From Chrysomallon squamiferum (taxonomy: Eukaryota; Animalia; Mollusca): 64,000 nucleotides of DNA. The notes beneath the pieces were generated by a model that saw nothing but the letters and a program-made list of their open reading frames with translations, searched no databases and was not told the origin of the DNA. This document shows, piece after piece, positions 52,666-64,000 of this stretch. Positions within the stretch are counted from its first letter, which is position 1. Each line of letters starts with the position of its first letter. The DNA lies in NCBI GenBank assembly GCA_012295275.1, contig CM022676.1:2108001-2172000 (forward strand), given 5' to 3'. Made by a program: the position numbers and the translations under genes.

Positions 52666-53091
52666 CAATAAAATAAAATAAAATAAATAAGATAACATGA
52701 AATAAAATAAAATAAAAAGTAGATGTCATTTGGCAAAAGTGTTATTACAGTGTCTTAGAAGGTGGACTCAACCTTTCATGTATATTTATAACGACTAGAA
52801 ACAAACTGAATTGAAAACATTAGACTGTTCGAAGACAGAATTCGCTGTAACATTGAACTGATTTTGCTGCAGCATATTTCCTATTCTGACAAATATTCTC
52901 ATAAGACTGAGCTGATAGTTGTCTATAGGTAATACTTATTACATTTCTCATGTTAAATGTGGAAAACAGAGTTTAAAGTTCTTCCTATCATGAATATGAT
53001 GGCAATGCACTCTCTGCTTTGAAATAAAAATTAAAAAATAATAAATTAAAATCAAACAATTATTATTATTGCTATTATTCTTACTGTTCTG

Positions 53092-53182
<91 letters not shown>

Positions 53183-54603
53183 ATAGTATAGTTGTGTAGT
53201 TTTTATTATTATTATAATACTACAGCTACTGCTGCTGATGTTATTGCTTCTGCTACAACAAGAACAACTGCTAATACAATTATTACTACTAATAATAATG
53301 ACAATAAGAAAAATGAAAAAGAAATAATAATAATAATAATAATAAAAGAAGAAGAAGAAGAAGAAGAAGAAGAAGAAGAAGAATTATGATGATAATAATA
53401 ATCAAGACGGAATATCGTTCAGGCAGGGAAACGTGAGTTCGACACTTATACCAATGTCAATACTGTTTTGGGTTTAACAGGGGTGTGATTATTGGATATC
53501 GATACCCAGTGAAAATAAACGCAGTCATTTCCGCTTCACAGTTAATCAGACTCGAGTGCGCGCCTCTTGGTGCCGTCATTTCACAGCTCCACTGTTCTCA
53601 GGCTTCATTCGAAAAACAGCAGCATGAAATTCCATTCACATAACCGTATATAAACAGAGTTACACAAACCACACCCACAACCATAAACACACACAATATG
53701 TAATCACAACTAAAGTGATGGTTAACTTCTATTTTGGTCATTTAAAACAGTTACGTAATAAAAAAAAAATATATATATATATAATGTAATATTGACGTAA
53801 CTATAAACATATGTTTTCCATTTCGGTAAATATATATTTTCCAATGGGTAAAGGTAAGTGCATAATTAGTCAGTTAAAACTGGTATATTAGTTAACACGT
53901 AAGATTGTAGTTTATGAGATATCACGATGTTTCGTATAGCTTTTTATTTCAAGGACATCATTTTATTACATATTATATATATTAGTTTTAATTCACTAAT
54001 TATGTATATTTATATATATATCCATCTGAATAACGTTATTTTTTATCCACATTTCTACATGGTTAAAGCTGAATAAAAATATGAAATGATAACGAAACCA
54101 TAGCTATAATAATTATGTAATACTGTTCACTGGACACGCACACGCACGCGCACACACACACACTTACTTGCACAGTCACAACACGCACTATAGAGAAGTA
54201 GAGATTAGTTCTTTCCTCTGATCAAACTATAACTTTGTCTTTATTTCTCTCTCCATGCATCCATATCTCGCTCTTTCTATCTTTATATTATATGCATACA
54301 TAACATATATAAAAAAGCATGAATACATATACATGTATAAACAATAGTCACTTGAGTGTAACATACAGGTTTTATTTGTACATACATATGTCACCGCTGG
54401 GTTTCTTTAATTTAATTTTCACAATAAGAAAATAAAAAATGTCCTTTGCTTTTCCTTCCTTCGACGAAGATTAATTTTACTACTTCTAAAATGTCTGAGG
54501 AATTTCTGAACTGAACCTAAAAGAAGAAAATGAAATAAATAAAAATAATAGAATTTACTTATCGGAATACCGAGTTTCATTATTATTATTATTACTATTA
54601 CTA

Positions 54604-54692
<89 letters not shown>

Positions 54693-54899
54693 GGTTTGGT
54701 GTTACCATGATAATCAATGTTCGTAGTATATATATTAGCAATTACGTACAAAATATGAAATACAGACAACCTGTTTGGCTGTTGATTTTATTTGTACACA
54801 TTATTTCACTGATACAGCATTTCTGAATCTAGCCAGCAGTAACACTTTAATGTCCACTTCTGAAACGAAGGCGTAAATCTACCAAAATGGTGTGAGGTG

Positions 54900-55978
54900 T
54901 TCAAGAACGTGTGTTTGCACCAGCGTCACTGACGACAGCAGTACATCGTCGTCTCATTCTTCTAATGAGAGCATCAATCTCAGAAGCAGTAACTGCGTTC
55001 CATTCCCGGTTCAGAGCAATTTGTAGGTCATGGACATTAAGGAAATGAGGATGGTTTTCGCGTACCCTACGGCCCAGTACATCTCATGCATGTCCAACTG
55101 GGACAAGTCAGGGGACTTTGGTAGCCAGTTCAACACTTGGATGTGGTTCCGCTCAAGGAAGGTTAGTGGTTAGTCTAGCGGTGTGTTGTGGTCTAGCGTT
55201 GTCGTGTTGAAACAGAAAGCCAGGATGCTGCTGCAGGAATGGAATGACCACTGGTGTAATGATCTCATCACCGTAACGTTGAGTTTCAGTGAATGAAGAC
55301 AGGATCTGTTTTACCTCCACCATGAATGCCAGCCCAGCCCATGACGCTGCCACCGCCGTATCGGACAAGCTGAATGACGTTGTCTGCGTCGTATCGTTCT
55401 CCTCGTCGCCTCCATACATGACGCCTAACATCTGCAAACTGAACACAAAACCTGGATCCGTCTGTCAGTAAATGTCTGCGATCCAGTGTTGGTGTATTCT
55501 GGCCCAACTCGGACGTTCCTGAATGTGACGCGCTGCGAGCTACAACAGCTACAACACCTACCACAGGGCGACGTGCTTGTAATCCAGCAGCCTGGAGACG
55601 GCTACAGACTGATTATGAATTCTAGTCCCTGTGGTTTGCTGCAAAGTACCTGCTAAACGTGGAACGCTTTTGAACCTGTGACGTCGAGGTGACGTCACTA
55701 AACACAAAATCTTCCCTTGGAGCAGTTAAATGGTTGTCTAGCAGAACGTAGTTGATCTCGCACTTGCTCAGTTTGGTGTAGCGTTGTCGGAGTCATGATG
55801 TGGTACTGACATGAGCACGAAAGTACTGAGCGACGTTGTGTACGCGTTGTCGGAGTCGTGATATGGTACTGACATCAACACGAAAGTACTGAGCGACGTC
55901 GTGTACGCGCTGGCCGGTATGAAGCCGTCCTATTGCTTTATGACGTTGATCTTGCGTTAAGCCTGAACGGCGACCCAT
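54900..55978 (-). mobile_element. Degenerate Tc1-family (IS630-Tc1-mariner) transposase pseudogene
   Basis: MGRRSGLTQDQRHKAIGRL..VAQYFRVDVSTISRL (HTH); LTDGSRF..VWRRRGERY..YGGGSVMGWAGI; FLFQHDNARPQHTA; WLPKSPDLS; MRRRCTAVV..GANT. Multiple frameshifts and stops; no clear TIRs found. Confidence 0.93.
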
Positions 55979-56266
55979 TATAACAGGATAATTCTTCCTT
56001 TTGGTTTTGATAACGTTGGTTCAGTGCATCAAAATGTGATTTCAATACATCTGTATTGCTCGTGCAATACACATAGCGGCGTGCGTTATGACAAATGGTG
56101 TCAGGGCAGATACAACTAACATATAACCAAGTTTTATCACTTTGTTTTAATTTATTTGGAAGCAACAGTCATTTATTAAAAAAAAACATCCTAAACTTTT
56201 TTGGTTAAATATATATTTCACGTATCAGCTATGAAATACTACTTTATAAATGATTGCAATCTTACA

Positions 56267-57473
56267 TCAGCATCCATATACTGTAATAAACCAGTTTCCG
56301 TCCAGCTGACACTCGGAGACATAGTAATCTCCGGAAGGACACCAGTAAAAGGCCTTGGCGGGATACACTGTGTCAGAGTACTCCAGTGTCAAACCATTTA
56401 GTGTAGGAGGAATGCCACAGTCCGGTCCTGCAGTGTAGATAAGTATTAATTATACACACACACACACAAACAAACAAACAAACACACATACACACACACA
56501 CACACAAACACACTCACACACACACACAAACAAACAAACACTCATACACACACACACACAAACACACTCACACACAGTCATACACGCACACACACAGACA
56601 CACACACACAGACACACACACACAGACTCACACACACAAACAAACAAACAAACAAACACTCATACAGACACACACACATCCACACACATACAAACATACA
56701 GACACACACACACATCCACACACACACATCCACACACACATACACACACAAAACACACACACACAAACATAGACACACTCACACAAACACACACACAAAC
56801 ACACACACACAGACACACACACACACACACACAGACTCACACACACAAACACACACTCACACACACACACACACAAACACACTCACACACACATACACGC
56901 ACACACACAGACACACACACAGACTCACACACACAAACAAACAAACAAACAAACACTCATACAGACACACACACATCCACACACATACAAACACACACAC
57001 ACATACACACACAAACACACACACACACAAACATAGACACACTCACACAAACACACACACAAACACACACACACAGACACACACACAGACACACATACAG
57101 ACACAAACACACACAAACAAACACAAACATAGACACACTCACACAAACACACACACACAAACACACACACAAACACACACACAGACACACACACAGACAG
57201 TCACACACACAGACACACACACAGACACACACACACACAAACAAACACAAACACATACATATAATAATCAGGTGAAAAAAGTCACATATATATGTACAAG
57301 ATAGATAAATAAACGTACAGAAAGACATACTGATAGGCAGATAGATAGTAATACTGATAGGTAAGAATACCGGTTTGCAACGAGGCTATGTCGACAAGCA
57401 GACAGACATATATTCAGACAGTCAAATATAGATAGTGAGAGACGTAAGACAGATATACATACGTGTGTGTGTA

Positions 57474-57549
<76 letters not shown>

Positions 57550-58510
57550 CAGATAGGTAGATAGATAGATAAATGGAGAGACTGACAAATACACAGATAG
57601 CTGAGATTGAACAGCAAACAAATCTTGATGACAATAAGATCCAGATTGTAAATATACACACACAAACATACACATACGCATACACACACATAAACAAACA
57701 CACACGCGCACACACACACATACACACCGTCATATAGACTCAAATATAACTAGAGAGTACTCGCAGACCGAGAACCGTACACTGATCTACACAAATGACA
57801 TCAGACAACATCAAGTAAAGTTACAACTGTTAAATTTACCAATACAGTAGAAGTCGCTTAAACTCCACGTTCCGTCGGCGCCACACACCGAGACGTTGTT
57901 ACCGCTTTCGTAGATGAAGTTTTCAAAACATGAGTAACTCATTGTGGACAGGTACGAAAAGCCAGTAAACTGGACGTTAACCCCGTAATACACAGCTGGT
58001 ATATAATTACATGTATATGCTGCAATTAGTAATTATAATATTATTGTTTAACTGGTTCATATAATAATATTGTTTAATTGGTTCATATACAATTATTTAA
58101 TAATCGGTTCATATAATATAAATGTTTAAAAACTACCAACACACGCACACACACACACACATACATATACTAACCACACAAAATAAATATACAGGCATAC
58201 GATACGTACCCATTCTTGAATTTCTGTAGGGAACAGACTTTGCTAGACTGACATCTGATCCCACATACGGGTCACAGTACGTGGCACAATTTCCTTTGCC
58301 ATCGTATTCAATGGAAACACACCTGTGATTCTGCATACAGATAGTAGCACAGTGCACCTTGCTTCGAGCCGCCCCGGCCCACAGAGAACACTCAAACGTG
58401 GACGAACCAGTGAGCTGAGGATCTCTGAATGTTTTCACAAATACGTCTTGCTCGATGGACGTCACTCTTGTTATCAGCAAAAACACAGGTAGGAAGAGGA
58501 ACCGCTTCAT
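56267..58510 (-). CDS. Gene C: secreted PAN/Apple-Sushi-Sushi protein; complement(join(56267..56427,57840..58019,58210..58510)), 213 aa
   Basis: Signal [18 protein letters not shown]; [36 protein letters not shown] exons [29 protein letters not shown] and [22 protein letters not shown]. Phase-1 introns. Confidence 0.85.
56450..57260. repeat. Compound (CA)n/(CAAA)n-derived low-complexity satellite in intron 2 of gene C
   Basis: About 800 bp of CA, CAAA and CAGA runs with longer recurrent blocks. Confidence 0.9.
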
Positions 58511-60783
58511 GATTACTGAACAATTCTTACACGAGCTGTGATGCGAATTCTTTTGATGTAATCGTTTGACGTAATCGTTTGATGTATTCGTGTGATGTAT
58601 TCGTTCAAATTATATTACTTGTTAAATTATGATAATATGTAATTAGGCATCTGTTGAAAAGGAATACGTATCATACGAAATATTCAATTCTCATATGCGT
58701 ATTAGGCAATTATCAAATTCTCATATATGAATTATTACAGTTATTGGATTAGGAAGATGTATCACACGAATTTTTGAAATCTGATCACTGTATAAAATTT
58801 TTAAATCGTCTTAGTCCTACCGTTCTTGATACACGCATAAGTCAATTATTAAATATTTATCTGTGTATTATCACTGCCAAATGTTTATCTGCCTCTTTTG
58901 GGGATTTTTTTACAACAGTCACATCCGCATATGTGTATTATTACAATTGTCAAATCCTTATAACTAATATTGAAATTGTTAAATTTTTATATACGTATAA
59001 TTGAAATTTTTAAATCCAACAGAAATACTGAAATTGTCAAATCCTTATATAAATATCATCTGTATTAACTCCTGTTGATTTCCAAAACATTCTATATTAA
59101 ATTTGAATCACAGTTATGTCTTCTAATTATATATATTTCACACTAAGAATGAAATAACGAGTACACAGAGTTGAATTGTAAGGTAAGTAAAGTTAAGGAA
59201 CTTCCTCTATATGCAGTCACTGTGTTAAGTATAATACTACTGTGGGCTGGAGATTATGTATTCGACTGATCGATGAAGAAACGTTTTTATTTCTTTACTT
59301 TGCTCTATAAGAAATGTGTACAGAAATGTCAATGAAACATTAACAACAAATTAACCAGGAATCAATAGTCAATTCATAAATTCAGGAATTCATAAATATA
59401 GATAGATAGACAGATGTGTTTTGTGTGTGTGTGTGTGTGTGTGCACATACCTACAGACATAAATGCATACAATATTTACCTTTACTATGATTTAGCTTGA
59501 AAACAAAGTATAAATAATATATTATTACGTAATCGTTTTGACAGATATTACATTTTGTCCACTGACACACAGTGAAGTGTACGTGTAGCACTGTTGCCAC
59601 TGAGTATACGCCACTTCATCCTTTGTCTTCTTACTGTCACGCACCAAACTGCAATCAGTCTTACAGCAATGACCATCTGATTTACTCTCAAGTTGAAGCG
59701 CAAAAGTCACCCAAAGTCATCAGCAGCTGTTACATATTCTGGTGCATGTTTAGAAGACTGGGGCATAGAAAGCTTTCAAAAAAAGTAAACAAAAAAGTAA
59801 ATGGTTTCATGTGGGATTGGTTAATTCAACTAAACTGATGGGAAAAAACCAGCCTGATTTTAGTACACTATCTTCTGCCATATTTAGCATTCCTGTGGCC
59901 TTGGTTATATGAAACCGGGGAAATTATTTCCCCTTTGGATCTCATCCACGGATCAAAGTTTCTGGCGTCAATGTTTAATTTAACATTAAACACAGCCGTT
60001 TCCAGGTGATACCAGCTGAGTGCATCACAGTCAGCAAAGAGTTCAAACAGAGCAATGCACTGGCTCTTCATTGGCTCTTCTTATTATTCCATTTTATCAT
60101 ACAGAAAATATTTCAAGCATCTATATTCTTTTACTGATGCTGTTGACACTATAAACTTAAAGGAAAGAAGATTCAAAGCCATTTGGGATGTTAGTGATTT
60201 TAGAGACTTGTTATTTCTATTGTGTGGCAATCTATAGATCTGAGATTATATGATAAATATCAAATCTACGAGAAAGAACTTTAAGATTTTTTTCTGAAAA
60301 TTAGGAAATTTTGTGCACAATGAAATAAATATATTTTTTTTTTTTTTTTTTTTTTTTCATGTTCCTTGAAACATCATTGCCTAATAGATCTTAGAAAAAC
60401 GAAAACAAACAAAACAAACAAACAATGATTAAGGCCAAAGCATCTTTCAGTATCTCTAGAGATGAAACCGTTCAATATAAATGTTTTCTTACAAAACCCG
60501 TTTTTCAAGATTTGTTATCAAAGTACGTGCTGTTCAAGAGACATTTACACGATTAACAGATAATAAATTAACAGAAAATCGATCATGTGCAAAACCAAAT
60601 CAATGTCGTCAGTCGAATTACGGTTTCTTAATCAAACAACTGAACATTTTGTTCAGCAACACCGTACAGGATTTCAGTAATAACATATATTAGATGGCAA
60701 ACATTGCTTTATAACATCATCACTGGAAACAGAAAATCGCTTCAGCCATCAACACGTCCATCTTTATCAGTGAATAGCGATGT

Positions 60784-60892
<109 letters not shown>

Positions 60893-61509
60893 CTCTATCT
60901 ATCTATCTATCTATCTATCTGTCTATCTATCTCTCACTCTCTATCTGTCTTTTTCTCTTAATGTCTCTGTCTTTCTCTCTCTCTGTGCTTAACTCTCTAT
61001 AAATAGTTATATACTAACATAATACTGTATAATTCGTTATCTATTAACTAGACTCATGTACTTTATATTATACAATTAGTTATATAATAAACAGACTCGT
61101 GTACTTAATACTCGTATAATTACTAATATAACTAACTAGACTTCTGTATTTAATACTGTATCTTTAGTAATATACTGACTAGACTCGTCAACGTAATATA
61201 ACGTCATTACTTATTATACTGGCTATACGCGATGCTTTTTATTATGCAATCTAGAGATTTTCTAATCGTTGTAGCAGTCGTCAGTGCGTGGGTCACGCAT
61301 CACTGAGCAGCTGGCACGCGATGTTTAAAAGGCAGAGAGGAAGGGAAACCTCGAGAACGTAGAAAACAAGTGACCTTTAAATCTGCGTTTAAATGAGCCG
61401 TTCATGGAAACCAAATATCTTTATATTTATATATTTATATATTTAACCATAATACAGAATACAAACAGTAGAAGGTGATTTAACTTAATATAGAAATTAA
61501 TAAAACTGT

Positions 61510-61860
61510 TTATGTCACACCGTGTAGTTCAGTATAATAGTTTATGTGATATACACACTTTAGTATAATAATCTGAGTGATACATAGTTCAGTATGATAT
61601 ATATACACAAACACACAAACATTCAGTAACAGTCTATATGATATAGTGTTCAATTTAATCGTGTATAGTTTGATAGAATAGTTTACATGATTCACAGTTC
61701 TCAGTAGAATAGTTTATATGATATAAACTTTCAGTAAAATAGTTGATACGATGTACATTTCAGTAAAATAGTTGATATGATATACATTTCAGTAGAATAG
61801 TTGATATGATATACATTTCTGTAGAAGAGTGTATCTGAGATACGTTTCAGTAGAAGAGTT
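61510..61860. repeat. 29-bp minisatellite in the 3'UTR of gene D, overlapping its stop codon
   Basis: tcagta(a/g)aa-like starts recur at 61731, 61760, 61789, 61818 and 61847, degenerating leftwards. Confidence 0.8.
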
Positions 61861-62233
61861 TGACGGAGTCGACGACGACTCCTCTCTGAACAGCAACGTG
61901 ATCAATAAGGGTGTAGCTGACGTAGTGGGACCGTCGAACGTAGAACTTTTCATCGACGTAAATCTGAAAAAGAAAAAAATCAAAAATATGACACTTCCAT
62001 AATTTGTTGATGTTATGGTAATTTTTTATTTTTTATTTTTTATTTTATTTTTTTGTTATTTTATTTTTTTGTTATCTACATTATTGAAATGGTAAAATCA
62101 GGAGAAGAAAACAAGTATCTGCTTTATCTGTCTGTTTCTTATTTCTTTGTTATTTTGTTAAAATTTTTGTTTCTCTTCATTATTCTTAATATCATGAAAT
62201 GTATCTTATATGCACGAAATTTATGTTACTAGC

Positions 62234-62283
<50 letters not shown>

Positions 62284-62969
62284 TATGTATATATGTATGC
62301 ATATATCTAATGATGTATATATGCATTACATTTATGATACCTGTACATACATAATGTATAAATACATAAAACAAGAACGACAGTGAGGAAGGCATAATAT
62401 ACATATAATTTATATTTATCAATATGTACACAGTCACACACACATACACACAACCACACACTCCCCTCAAAAACTGTCTTGGTTACCACAAGGTGACATT
62501 AAATATTTTTCCACAGCAAGTGAGAAATTGAACACACACACACTCATGCAGACACAAACACACACATACATATATATAGTGTATAAATATTAAAGGAATC
62601 AACAAAGCCTAGGTAGAAGGTATACTTATACACATCGTGACATACTTACATCAAATTCTTCCTCTGTTGCAACAATAGTGACATTAAATGGTCTTCCTAC
62701 AGCAAATGGAAAATCATCAGTTATTTCTTGCTCACCCCAGCTGGTTTTAATAAACTGCGTTGCTCTGATGGTCAGATTGTAATGGTCACAATAGTGAAAA
62801 CGAATATCAAACTGCATCGCTACGTAGTTTTGTTGATACATTAATTCTATTGATACTCTGTAAAGAAAAGGGAAAAATATCGTACGTTTATCAAAACAGA
62901 CTGTATGAGAATAACCCGAAATATATTCATATATATATATATATATATATGGGTGTCTGTGTGTCTGTG

Positions 62970-63000
<31 letters not shown>

Positions 63001-63508
63001 CTATGTGTGTAAGATTTACAATTCTCAAATAATCTTCCAAAAGTGTCAGTGCATATCCTTACATATCATCAGAGAAGAAATCAAAAAATAATAACTGATT
63101 TAATTTCAGAAATAATTATCTCTTTCCAAACGGTAATAATTTCATTTACAATCAGTCCATTTATGAAACTATCTTTCTTTTTACGATTAGATCGAACTAA
63201 AGATATCTTATGCGTTGGATTCTGTCGAGCCATTTGTAAATTGAAGCGTATAGGCAGCCTGTGGACGTGTGTGTGGGTATAACGCAGTTACTGAACTTCT
63301 TTCTTTTCAGATCACTTTTTACCTGTCCGTGTCGAGAGGCGTGGCCAGAAATTCCACCTTCCAGCCCGGTCTGATTACTTCAGGAAGTTCCTCGACGAAT
63401 GGCACGCTCTGATAATGTTATGAAATTAAATAGTAAAAATTTTAAGAGTTTACACATTTCAGTATTAATATTATGCTTGATCAAATGAATATTAGAACTT
63501 TTGTGACC

Positions 63509-63598
<90 letters not shown>

Positions 63599-63973
63599 TG
63601 TATGTATGGGGTGAGGTTTATGAGTGTGGGTGTGGGTGTGCGTGAATGGGGGTATCTGCATAGGTTTGTATGTGAGTGTCTGTGTGTTGTGTATCTGTAT
63701 GTCGTCTACATGTGTTTATGAGGAGGTCGTTTTCCCTTTCCTGACTATGTAGCAAGAGAAGAATATGTGTTAAACTTACAGGTTTATTGAAGTAAACACG
63801 TTTGCAGGAACCGTTCAGTCCAGTCCACGAACCAGACGCTGTACAAATACTCTGCCTACTGCGTCCAAAAAAACTGAAATCGTCGATGCAGGTGTATTTG
63901 GCGATGTCATCTTGCCAACGCGAATAGTAATATACAATCCCATCAGATATTAATGGAGGCTCTGGACACAAAA
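61847..63973 (-). CDS. Gene D (5'-partial): Sushi-Galectin part of a paralog of gene B; complement(join(61847..61963,62650..62857,63323..63408,63780..63973))
   Basis: Exon sizes 194/86/208/117 and phases are identical to gene B. LCPEPP..YTCIDDF..ICTASGSWTGLNGSC; SVPFVEELPEVIRPGWKVEF; AMQFDIRF..SWGEQE..FPFAVGRPFNVTI; IYVDEK..DSVKLFY*. Upstream exon(s) lie beyond the window. Confidence 0.88.
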
Positions 63974-64000
63974 CTGGAATTAACCGTAGTAGTAGTAGTA

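Noticed and set aside
54800-56240. Terminal inverted repeats for the Tc1 element
   Set aside because: Only a weak gapped similarity (tatttca..ctgatac), with no canonical TA-CAGT ends.

Overview
AT-rich, microsatellite-dense animal genomic DNA with spliceosomal GT-AG introns. The gene families suggest a lophotrochozoan, probably a mollusc (inference). From left to right: two tandem BTB-BACK(-PHR) paralogs on + that share a near-identical ~2.6 kb upstream block, the first having a decayed PHR domain; a Penelope-like retroelement relic; a RING-Bbox-coiled coil-NHL TRIM gene on -; a 5-exon gene on + for a secreted Gly/Ser/Met-rich, Cys-containing protein (shell-matrix-like); and a cluster of four - strand genes for modular proteins. 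The cluster alternates signal-PAN/Apple-Sushi-Sushi with signal-PAN/Apple-Sushi-Galectin architectures, and the last gene runs off the window end. These signal-peptide-bearing PAN-Sushi-galectin chimeras are the most unusual feature. The window also holds a decayed Tc1 transposon, a probable tRNA-derived SINE, a 48/96-bp intronic satellite and a CpG-rich 33-bp minisatellite. All exon structures were built by hand from splice sites and reading-frame continuity. No database searches were run.
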